Below are positions 24,101-31,953 of a DNA stretch of 50,766 bases, piece after piece (the stretch's first letter is position 1; every line of letters starts with the position of its first letter). Position numbers and translations under genes: made by a program. Origin of the DNA: Alphaproteobacteria bacterium (lineage in GTDB: Bacteria; Pseudomonadota; Alphaproteobacteria; CAAHEQ01; UBA3637); the NCBI GenBank assembly GCA_017457425.1, contig JAFTHM010000001.1:1-50766 (forward strand), given 5' to 3'. Below the pieces are notes generated by a model that was not told where the DNA came from, searched no databases, and was given only the letters and a program-made list of their open reading frames with translations.

Positions 24101-24529
24101 TTATACCTCCAGTGTTGAATCAACCATTAAATCGCTCATGTGGTCGGTTTTAACAGTTGGCTTCTTAATGAATGTGTCGTAATTCACAAAGAAATGTAAA
24201 ACACCGTCCACTATTTCAAATTTCATTTTATTACCTTTACATAAATTGTCAACAACAAAAATGTATTCTAATATAATAAATAACCGCTCGGCCACTTCAT
24301 ACATTTCAGTTTTTGCGTCCGTTTTACTTTTTGGGAAATAATGAATATCAAACGGATATGTTCTAAAATACCGATTCGGCAATCTGGCCGTTTGTGTCGG
24401 TTCCAATGCAACAATATTAAAACAAGGCTCTTTCAATCCCTGTTTTATATTTTCTTTGTAAATCTGATGTTCTGATCCAAAGACTTCATTCAATTTGACG
24501 GATATGCCGTTTATAATATCGTTAATCAT
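24101..24529 (-). CDS. Putative tail terminator / completion protein
   Basis: Position only, immediately upstream of the sheath module. Confidence 0.4.
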   Translation of the reverse strand: MINDIINGISVKLNEVFGSEHQIYKENIKQGLKEPCFNIVALEPTQTARLPNRYFRTYPFDIHYFPKSKTDAKTEMYEVAERLFIILEYIFVVDNLCKGNKMKFEIVDGVLHFFVNYDTFIKKPTVKTDHMSDLMVDSTLEV

Positions 24530-25002
24530 TCAAATATATCTCCCAAATATTGCATTAGCTTTTTTTCAATAATCTTTTGAGCTTGCCCCTCAACTTCCAT
24601 TTCCGATTTAGTGAGCATAAACCGCCCCTCAACCCAACCGCCACCCCCACGGGTTCGGTGTCCATACTCAACAAATGACGCATATTCAACCGGATTAATA
24701 ATTTCAATCGTGTATGTATTCCCAGCCATTGTAACAGGTAAGGCTTGAGCATAAGCAGCGGCACTTTGTTGTTTTTGACCAGTCCACCCACGGCGTAATG
24801 TTCCACCAACTTTACCAGAACCGGAAGGATATTGGCCCACGGGCGTTCTTTTAATAACCTTTGCTAATAATCGGGCGGCTAATTCTTTTGAAACGGCTTC
24901 ACAAAATTGTTTTAATTCTTTCTTTTGAAGTTTTTCAAGTTTGCGTTGCAAATCTTCAAGTTGTTTGAAATCGCAAGAACCCCATTTAGTCATTAACTCC
25001 AC
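24526..25002 (-). CDS. HK97 gp10-like head-tail joining protein
   Basis: GGTLRRGWT ... VEYASFVEYGH pattern. Confidence 0.65.
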   Translation of the reverse strand: MELMTKWGSCDFKQLEDLQRKLEKLQKKELKQFCEAVSKELAARLLAKVIKRTPVGQYPSGSGKVGGTLRRGWTGQKQQSAAAYAQALPVTMAGNTYTIEIINPVEYASFVEYGHRTRGGGGWVEGRFMLTKSEMEVEGQAQKIIEKKLMQYLGDIFE

Positions 25003-25355
25003 CCGTCAAAAATTGATAACATAATTTCTTGATGATTTATAAATTTAGCTGGTTCACTACTATTTTTATAAGCTGTCGTTTGACCGTTATGAATCACTTC
25101 TATTTTTGAACCTGGTTTTATATCAAGGTCTGGTGAAAGAATGAGTCGGGAAGAAAGGAATAAAGAACCCCCCACCCCTTCACCAGTTGCCTTTACTGTT
25201 TCATGAGACAATTTACAAGGTATATTCTCATAAACAGTAACTTCACGCATACTTGTAATATGCGTTTCTGGGTCTTCTACCCCTTGATACTCAATAACGT
25301 TACAAGTATTTATATATAACTTTTCAATAAATTTTCGTGCGATTGTTAAATCCAT
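24993..25355 (-). CDS. Head-tail adaptor (SPP1 gp16-like), putative
   Basis: Position and size. ATG 25355 follows the upstream stop by 2 nt. Confidence 0.45.
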   Translation of the reverse strand: MDLTIARKFIEKLYINTCNVIEYQGVEDPETHITSMREVTVYENIPCKLSHETVKATGEGVGGSLFLSSRLILSPDLDIKPGSKIEVIHNGQTTAYKNSSEPAKFINHQEIMLSIFDGWS

Positions 25356-25357
25356 AG

Positions 25358-25732
25358 CTACCACACCAATTTTCTATGACGGATTAAATCTAAATTGTGG
25401 CCATTGATCAACTTATCAACATAAGTGTTAAATAGAGCTTCGGCGTCAACTGTTGATGAAAACTCAGTTGTCGTATTTCCATCTTGAATTTTTTTAATGA
25501 TGGGTTCAATTTGAATTGATGTTAATTGACCAAATGTTTTTTTGCCTTGCAAAAATTCCCCACAAACCATATCAACCATGACGGATTCTAAACAGTCTGG
25601 AATCGTGTCAATATTGCAAAAGTGCTTAATATGTTGCTCTACTTTTTTTATTAAAAAATTAAGGGTAAAATCATCATTTTCAATGATTTCATACCCTAAC
25701 GATTGTAAACGTAATTTAATTGTTTCTAACAT
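25358..25732 (-). CDS. gp6-like head-tail connector / DNA-packaging protein
   Basis: First gene after the capsid gene. N-terminal helical pattern as in gp6-like connectors. Confidence 0.55.
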   Translation of the reverse strand: MLETIKLRLQSLGYEIIENDDFTLNFLIKKVEQHIKHFCNIDTIPDCLESVMVDMVCGEFLQGKKTFGQLTSIQIEPIIKKIQDGNTTTEFSSTVDAEALFNTYVDKLINGHNLDLIRHRKLVW

Positions 25733-25755
25733 TTAGCACCTCTTTAAATAAGGGG

Positions 25756-25819
25756 TGAACGGTGTGTTTTTAAAGATGGGATGAGTTTCAAAAAAGGAGA
25801 CTAAAAAACACACCGTTCA
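25756..25819 (-). terminator. Long-stem hairpin after the major capsid gene (partial terminator/attenuator candidate)
   Basis: Perfect 16-bp arms TGAACGGTGTGTTTTT / AAAAACACACCGTTCA with a 32-nt loop. Confidence 0.5.
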
Positions 25820-25825
25820 TTTCAA

Positions 25826-26869
25826 TTAACCAAGTGAGATAATGCGGGCGATTGCAATATCTTTATGGTTAATAGTTTTCAAGTCACCAGCTGTTTTGCC
25901 GTTGTTCACCAAAGTCCAGTTTGCACCAGTTTCCAACTCGGCATTTGTTGGTGAAAGTGTAGCTTGTTCAGCTTTAGTGTATGAAATACCGTATGGAGCA
26001 AAACACATGCGTTTGCGTGAATACAATGTATCTTCGCCACCGTTTGTTTTTGGATCACGAGACATTTCATAAGGAACTTTAGCACCCAAATCAGCAAAAC
26101 GGATAGCACCTTCGCCAAATACATAAGTTGTATATTTAGCTTTTTCACCAGTTGTATCAACAGGCATACCATCATCAACGATAACCAAGCGGCCGTTCCA
26201 ATGTGCTAAAGGTAATGGACGTTGAACACCGTTAGCGTCTGTGTATTTCAAGAATTCAAGTAAGTTTTGATTTTCTAAATTTGTTGCAACTGCTGAGTGC
26301 ATGAATGCCATTGTGAATTTAGAACGTTTGTCACCACTTGCTTTTTGAATAGCTGAGTTCAAAGTTGTTGGGCCAATGTCACTGTCAACTTCACCAGTAA
26401 TATCAAAAGTGTGATTGTTTACAAACTTCAAGTTTTCTGTGCCAGTCATTGAGAAAACACCTTTTAAGATTGACATAATAACACCTGTATCAATGTCATC
26501 CCAATATGAAGCAACTTGTTTGGCTACTTCATCCATAAAGTCAACACCAGCTGTGATTTCAACTGAAAAATCTTTTTCAGTCCATGCTTTGGCACGACCA
26601 ATAGCAACAACAGATTGTGTGTATGTTTCCATGCTTGTTGCTGTAATATCAGTTGTTCCGTCATAATTTAAAGCGTCACCACCGATACGACCATAGAATG
26701 GAATTGTTCCATAATATGAGCCTGTTTGAGAACTCAATAAAGTTTTAATTGTGGAATCAGCAACGATTACACGTGATTTAATGAGTTCATTTTTGTTAGG
26801 TTGCGGAAGTGTTTCAACGTAAGAACCGAATGCTTCCGGATTAAAAGTTTTAGAATCAAATTGTGTCAT
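25826..26869 (-). CDS. Major capsid protein
   Basis: Directly follows the scaffold gene. AAGGTG lies 7 nt before ATG 26869 (the ORF extends to 26875). Confidence 0.75.
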   Translation of the reverse strand: MTQFDSKTFNPEAFGSYVETLPQPNKNELIKSRVIVADSTIKTLLSSQTGSYYGTIPFYGRIGGDALNYDGTTDITATSMETYTQSVVAIGRAKAWTEKDFSVEITAGVDFMDEVAKQVASYWDDIDTGVIMSILKGVFSMTGTENLKFVNNHTFDITGEVDSDIGPTTLNSAIQKASGDKRSKFTMAFMHSAVATNLENQNLLEFLKYTDANGVQRPLPLAHWNGRLVIVDDGMPVDTTGEKAKYTTYVFGEGAIRFADLGAKVPYEMSRDPKTNGGEDTLYSRKRMCFAPYGISYTKAEQATLSPTNAELETGANWTLVNNGKTAGDLKTINHKDIAIARIISLG

Positions 26870-26893
26870 TTTCATTCACCTTTTTAGTTAGAG

Positions 26894-27472
26894 TTATTCT
26901 GCTTTACCCCCAGCCTCTAAAAATGCTTTACGCTCAGAGTAAGTCATATCTTTATATGCCTTGGTCACTGGCGTTCCACCACCCTCGGCCGGTTTAATAC
27001 CGTTAATTGACGGTTTTGAAACATCTTCAAATAAATAAGCGTCTGATGTTTTTAATTTCTCAATTTGCTTATCTAATCCTTTGATAGTTTCGCCATCAAG
27101 CTCGGCGTTTTCCAAATCAAGCAATGCCCTAACCGCTTTGGCGTTTTTAGCCTTTGCATTTGTTAAAGCCAGAACAACGGCACTATCAATTCCCATTTGC
27201 TTAATTTTAGCTTCATAGTCTTGAGTTGCTTTTTTGTTGTCCTCTTGTAACTTGCTGATCTGTTCTTTCAAACTTTCAGAATCACCAACAGACTTTTTAA
27301 GTTTTTCTAATTGTGAATCACGTTCAGAAACTTGAGCTTTATAATCATTAATTTGACTTTCAAGCTCAGTCTGTTTTGCCTTCAAAGAATTAATGTCATT
27401 TCCATTTTCGGCCATGATTTTATCAATAACTTCATCCGACAATTCAAGTGATTTTAAAAATTCTCTTTTCAT
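26894..27472 (-). CDS. Scaffolding protein (GP20-like)
   Basis: Coiled-coil, charged sequence MKREFLKSLELSDEVIDKIMAENGNDIN.... AAGGAG RBS. Confidence 0.75.
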   Translation of the reverse strand: MKREFLKSLELSDEVIDKIMAENGNDINSLKAKQTELESQINDYKAQVSERDSQLEKLKKSVGDSESLKEQISKLQEDNKKATQDYEAKIKQMGIDSAVVLALTNAKAKNAKAVRALLDLENAELDGETIKGLDKQIEKLKTSDAYLFEDVSKPSINGIKPAEGGGTPVTKAYKDMTYSERKAFLEAGGKAE

Positions 27473-27610
27473 TTTATTCTCCTTACGTTGTTTTACGAGG
27501 GTTCGACCTCAAAGGTTAAGTGATAACGCTCACTCAGGCTCTATTAATTTGTTTACTACCAAAAAAATATAATTTCAACAATTATTTTAATACATTAACG
27601 CATTAAAGCA

Positions 27611-27787
27611 TTATAATTTAATTATATCTTTAATAGCCTCTTTTTTAAACCATTTTCTTTCTTTAAATTCTGATTGTTTCCCAATGTTAAACTGGCTCAA
27701 CGGTCTAAAATATCCCATAACCCTTGTCCAGCATTCACACGGCTGCCTTTGACTTTCATATTTCTGTAATAAATCTTTTTCGCTCAT
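27611..27787 (-). CDS. Stand-alone NrdD C-terminal (glycyl-radical) domain mini-protein, 58 aa
   Basis: CECWTRVMGYFRPLSQFNIGKQSEFKERK compared with class III RNR C-terminus RRVCGYLG...FNAGKQEEVKRR, as I recall it. GAGGA RBS before ATG 27787. Confidence 0.6.
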   Translation of the reverse strand: MSEKDLLQKYESQRQPCECWTRVMGYFRPLSQFNIGKQSEFKERKWFKKEAIKDIIKL

Positions 27788-27795
27788 TTTAATCC

Positions 27796-28329
27796 TCACA
27801 TTGTTAATAAAAGACCAGTTAAAAATCCACCTAGCATTTCCGCATTTTCTGTGGGGTTTTTAGTCCACCCTAGATCGTAGCAAGCCCAACAAAGAGCATA
27901 AACACCAGATAAAACTAAACCAGCGAACATGATAGGGATGTTAAATAAAATAATCCCCATTAAAATCGCTGGTAAAGTATAACGAATATTCATCAATAAA
28001 AAATCGCAAGCGTAACCATGAAGCATGTTTTCGGGAATGTACTTTTTAAGATACTTCCAATACCAAAGTTGTTCATATCGTTTTTCATCAACACTACCGT
28101 GACCAAAATCAAAACAACAACCGTGTGATCTGGCCCAATATAATCCCTGTAACGCAAGGCAAGCTAAAATGTTGCAAATAATGTTGTACTTCAAATAATG
28201 CAACATTAAGAACGTTACTGAAAAGCCGATTAAATGCTGAAAAAAGCGATTGTTTGGTAGAAAATCTAATCCACCACCAAACCACCTACGCCAAACCCCT
28301 TCAAAACAAGCATATAAAACACTTAACAT
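27796..28329 (-). CDS. Polytopic membrane protein (about 5 TM), unknown function
   Basis: Several long hydrophobic segments; rich in Cys, Trp and Tyr; no family recognised. Confidence 0.6.
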   Translation of the reverse strand: MLSVLYACFEGVWRRWFGGGLDFLPNNRFFQHLIGFSVTFLMLHYLKYNIICNILACLALQGLYWARSHGCCFDFGHGSVDEKRYEQLWYWKYLKKYIPENMLHGYACDFLLMNIRYTLPAILMGIILFNIPIMFAGLVLSGVYALCWACYDLGWTKNPTENAEMLGGFLTGLLLTM

Positions 28330-28523
28330 CTTTTTCTTTCCTTAATTAACCACACCTGTCTTTCATATAGCTTTATAGAATCCCAGATTGACGCATTTGA
28401 CACCTTTTTAATCATTTGTTGGTTCCGCTCAAACTCGTTATCAATGCCGTTCTTTTTCGGCATTGCAAACCAGTTTTTTGAAGTGTCCATTATTTCAGTA
28501 AATTCGCCTTGTTTTAAGTTCAT
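28323..28523 (-). CDS. Hypothetical protein (66 aa)
   Basis: Intact ORF overlapping the next gene by 7 nt. Confidence 0.5.
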   Translation of the reverse strand: MNLKQGEFTEIMDTSKNWFAMPKKNGIDNEFERNQQMIKKVSNASIWDSIKLYERQVWLIKERKRC

Positions 28524-28583
28524 TTTTTGGCCCTTTTCTAAACTTAAATAGAGTTGAAAGATTTTAAGTTTAATCCCCTAAAC

Positions 28584-28955
28584 TTAAACTACGGCAATAA
28601 ACTCATCAAACGTTTTAACAGTCACATCTGGAAAAGCTGGATCATCCGTAATATCCAACAAATAACGTCTATAATCCGCATATTGTTTTTGTTCCTCAGC
28701 GGATAAGTCGGCCCAACGTAAAGGATTTGAAACGACTGGGTCAACATACGTTAAAAGATAATTATCCCTCGTATCTCTAACCATTTCTTCTTTTACAGTT
28801 TGAGGAACTTCATTTTCAAGATAAACGCAGCCATCCCAAGCAACGGCTTTTTGTTCTGTTGTAAGATTTAAACCATCAAGTTTAGCTTGCTCTTGACTTG
28901 ATGTATGTGCATAAAGCTCTTTTGTTTCTTCGTTTTTGTATCTGTAATAAAACAT
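28584..28955 (-). CDS. Tail-fibre assembly chaperone-like protein
   Basis: C-terminal pattern PLRWADLSAEEQKQYADYRRYLLDITDDPAFPD resembles Tfa-type chaperones. Confidence 0.5.
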   Translation of the reverse strand: MFYYRYKNEETKELYAHTSSQEQAKLDGLNLTTEQKAVAWDGCVYLENEVPQTVKEEMVRDTRDNYLLTYVDPVVSNPLRWADLSAEEQKQYADYRRYLLDITDDPAFPDVTVKTFDEFIAVV

Positions 28956-28968
28956 TTTAAACCCCTTT

Positions 28969-29358
28969 CTAAGTTAAAATATATAAAGTTACACCCGAAC
29001 CTGTTATTGTTGCACCAGCTCCAACCAGATAACCAATGTTATCTGGTGAACCATAGTTACTACCCCAGCTAGAGTCAAAAACTCTTGCGTCATTTATATT
29101 GACCCAAGATGTACGGTTGTTACCACCTGCATAAAATTGAACTAAACTAGGTCTAGTCGTGACATATCCACTTGATACACTGGTTCTAACGGTCGGACTA
29201 CAAACTTTACTTAACCATTCAGTCGTTGCTGGTGTGTTTGAGTTGTCGTTCATTGACGGTGTTGACGCTTCAACGGCATACAACTCATCTTGATTTGTTT
29301 CGGTTAGATCCTCGTAACGCTCGCTTGACATAAAATTAATGTTTGTTAAATTTGCCAT
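28969..29358 (-). CDS. Small tail-fibre-associated protein, paralog B (129 aa)
   Basis: MANLTNINFMSSERYEDLTET...GVTLYILT; a paralog of the upstream gene. Confidence 0.6.
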   Translation of the reverse strand: MANLTNINFMSSERYEDLTETNQDELYAVEASTPSMNDNSNTPATTEWLSKVCSPTVRTSVSSGYVTTRPSLVQFYAGGNNRTSWVNINDARVFDSSWGSNYGSPDNIGYLVGAGATITGSGVTLYILT

Positions 29359-29371
29359 GTTGTATTCCTTT

Positions 29372-29758
29372 CTAAGTCAAAATATACATTGATACGCCAC
29401 CACCTGTAATGGTTACGCCTTTGCCGACTAAATAACCAACGTTATCGGGCGATCCGTTAGACGCACTCCAGCTATAATGAAAAACTCTAGCACCATTTAA
29501 ATCCACATAAGCTGTTTTTTCACCACTTGCAACAGCTCGAATGAAACAAGGTCTAGTTGTAACGTACCCACTTGAAATAGATGTTGTAGTTGTCGGATTA
29601 CAGACTTTACTCAACCAAGCTGTTGTGAAAATCTCGTTTGAACAATCATCTAATGGCAAATCACTTGGAGCAGTGGCATACAATTCATCTCGACTTGTTT
29701 CGGTTAAAGCGTTGTATCTGTCGCTTGACATAAAGTTGATATTTTTTAAGTTTGCCAT
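29372..29758 (-). CDS. Small tail-fibre-associated protein, paralog A (128 aa)
   Basis: MANLKNINFMSSDRYNALTET...GVSMYILT. Confidence 0.6.
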   Translation of the reverse strand: MANLKNINFMSSDRYNALTETSRDELYATAPSDLPLDDCSNEIFTTAWLSKVCNPTTTTSISSGYVTTRPCFIRAVASGEKTAYVDLNGARVFHYSWSASNGSPDNVGYLVGKGVTITGGGVSMYILT

Positions 29759-29766
29759 ATGTCCTC

Positions 29767-31953
29767 CTATTCGTATAAGTCGCCTGTTAATACATTAACT
29801 TTTAAACCACTTCGTAAAATTGTACAGCTAAACCATCCATCACCACGAGCGTAAGTTGTTTCAGAAACTGAACTTATAACACTCTTTGAGTCATCTAATG
29901 ATGTAGTATGCAGTTTATTTAGAAAAGCAGATTTACCTAAAACAAAACCACTTGGGAATGCAAGTTCCAAATAATAAAGATATTTTGTATTTCCACTTGT
30001 ATACGAACCACTACCTTTGAATGTTTTAAAAGTAATCCCAGATAACACAAATTCTTCGTATGCGTTTAAATTTATATTTGCCTTCTGATAAACCACAGAA
30101 ACAACTTCATCCGTGTAAGAATTTATTTCAAAAGACGTCCGCTCATTACTTGCTATATAATAAGAATCTGAATTTGGGAAACACAACATATATTCAATCG
30201 CATTGTTTTCATAGGTTGGATGAAACACAGCTTTATATAATTCAGTATCCACCAGAGAATAATAACCACTGATTTCACTACATTCCAATAAAAGTTCTTC
30301 CTCCAACACAACATCAAGCACTGTATCTTCATTTACAACAACACTTCCACTTTGTGTAACGTAACCCTCAAGACTTACTTCATAGCTTACCTCACTATCT
30401 TCTAAAACAGTTACGCTGTTAGTCACTTCACCATTGATTGTAACCGTTGCGTCACTTGGTGTCGGGTTGATTGTGAATGTGTAATTTTGAAGCTCTCTCA
30501 ACACCACATCAATAGTTGTATCTTCACTTAACGTCAAAGTACCTCTTTGAGTTTTATATCCGTCAAGAGAAACTTGCCAAGTAATTTCCGTACCCTCTAC
30601 GGCTTTTAAACTACCTCTTACTTCACCGTTAATCAGCACAACCGCATTTTCTGGCGTTGCGTTGATTGTAAATGTGTAAGAGAATGGTGGGATTTGTAAA
30701 AGATAACTCTTGCTGTTAGCCTTTAAAAAATAATTCTTATAATCAAAGAAATCAAAATCTTCTAATGTTCCATCTTCTTTAAAAGCAACTTCTTCTGTTT
30801 TTTTAAAACAACTCCACCACAACTCACCGTTAATTTTGATATATGATTGTGTGAGGTCAATAGAACCCAACCAAGGATATTCTGAGTCAGCACCTTGTTG
30901 GCGACCAATTGCTAAATTAGACGCCCAAATTGGTGTTGTGCTTTCTTTTCTTATATCTTCAATAAAAGTTTCGCCGTCAGTTGAATAACTTAAAATATAA
31001 GCACTTCCGTCAAAAACAATTTTTACAAAATAATCTGTATTAGCTTCTAATGTAGCTGTTCCATAAACATCAGAAAAAATATTACTGCTACTACTTTTAG
31101 AAGTTGTAAGTTGGAATTTTGAACTTTTTATACACGGATTAACAGGATCAGCATTTCCAGAACCAGTATGACCACAAATACTTTGACCAGTGGTTATATT
31201 ATCCCCAGTTCTAATTTTATAAACCATTTCCCAAGTTGAACCGTCCGATACATCAAAGTTTTCGGGTAAAGTGACATAGTTTGCACTACTAAATTTATTA
31301 AATGTACAAGTTTCTTCTCGAGCAGAAATACCAAGAGACCCTGCTATTGTAAAATTGTAATCGTATTTACAACGTTTATAAGGAGTCCACCATAACTCAT
31401 TGTTAATTTTGATATGACATTCGGATAAGTCGATTGAACCAAGGAATGGATGGCTTGTTGTGTCAATACCGATTCCTAAAACTTCTGTCCAACCAATAGA
31501 CGAATGAGTTACAGTTCCTACTCTTTCATAAACATCACCATCAAGAGAAACATCTAAATAACATTCAGCACCATCCCAACCATATTTTGCCCAATACGTT
31601 GTGTTAGCTTCCAATACATAAGGCGAGTTGATTTCTGAACCCCAAGTTCCTACTTTTGTTGGAGTCAAACCCTCAAGGTATCCAGTATCATCAATAATAA
31701 GTTGAGGGGTGTATATGTTTGTTTCACTGTTTGCAAAAATACCTTGCTGTTTTTTAATTGTCGTACCTGTTGTGAATTTTACTCCAAACTCAAAACTAGA
31801 AACATCATTAGGAATACCAAAAGTCTTTATATAATTCGCACTACTAAACCCACTCACAACGCTACCGTCAAATGTAGGTGTTCCAACCGTTGTGAAGTTG
31901 TTTATATAGCCTTTTTTATAAAACTTTCTTTTTAATACATAGCTCATTGTCAT
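29767..31953 (-). CDS. Large receptor-binding-type protein: two lectin/LamG-like repeats plus two PEGA-like repeats
   Basis: Internal duplication (FSSANY...LEANT.Y...LGSIDL...IKIN.ELWW, twice), then YTFTIN.TP..A.V.INGEV... twice. ATGA start at 31953. Confidence 0.65.
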   Translation of the reverse strand: MTMSYVLKRKFYKKGYINNFTTVGTPTFDGSVVSGFSSANYIKTFGIPNDVSSFEFGVKFTTGTTIKKQQGIFANSETNIYTPQLIIDDTGYLEGLTPTKVGTWGSEINSPYVLEANTTYWAKYGWDGAECYLDVSLDGDVYERVGTVTHSSIGWTEVLGIGIDTTSHPFLGSIDLSECHIKINNELWWTPYKRCKYDYNFTIAGSLGISAREETCTFNKFSSANYVTLPENFDVSDGSTWEMVYKIRTGDNITTGQSICGHTGSGNADPVNPCIKSSKFQLTTSKSSSSNIFSDVYGTATLEANTDYFVKIVFDGSAYILSYSTDGETFIEDIRKESTTPIWASNLAIGRQQGADSEYPWLGSIDLTQSYIKINGELWWSCFKKTEEVAFKEDGTLEDFDFFDYKNYFLKANSKSYLLQIPPFSYTFTINATPENAVVLINGEVRGSLKAVEGTEITWQVSLDGYKTQRGTLTLSEDTTIDVVLRELQNYTFTINPTPSDATVTINGEVTNSVTVLEDSEVSYEVSLEGYVTQSGSVVVNEDTVLDVVLEEELLLECSEISGYYSLVDTELYKAVFHPTYENNAIEYMLCFPNSDSYYIASNERTSFEINSYTDEVVSVVYQKANINLNAYEEFVLSGITFKTFKGSGSYTSGNTKYLYYLELAFPSGFVLGKSAFLNKLHTTSLDDSKSVISSVSETTYARGDGWFSCTILRSGLKVNVLTGDLYE

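Noticed and set aside
27496-27512. GAGGGTTCGACCTC, a T-arm-like hairpin in the gap upstream of the scaffold gene.
   Set aside because: It has only a 4-bp stem with a 6-nt loop and no surrounding cloverleaf on either strand.
28969-31953. A diversity-generating retroelement or invertible shufflon acting on the duplicated fibre genes.
   Set aside because: No reverse transcriptase, no template/variable repeat pair with adenine-specific mismatches, no invertase, and no inverted repeats flanking the paralogs. Both copies are on the same strand.
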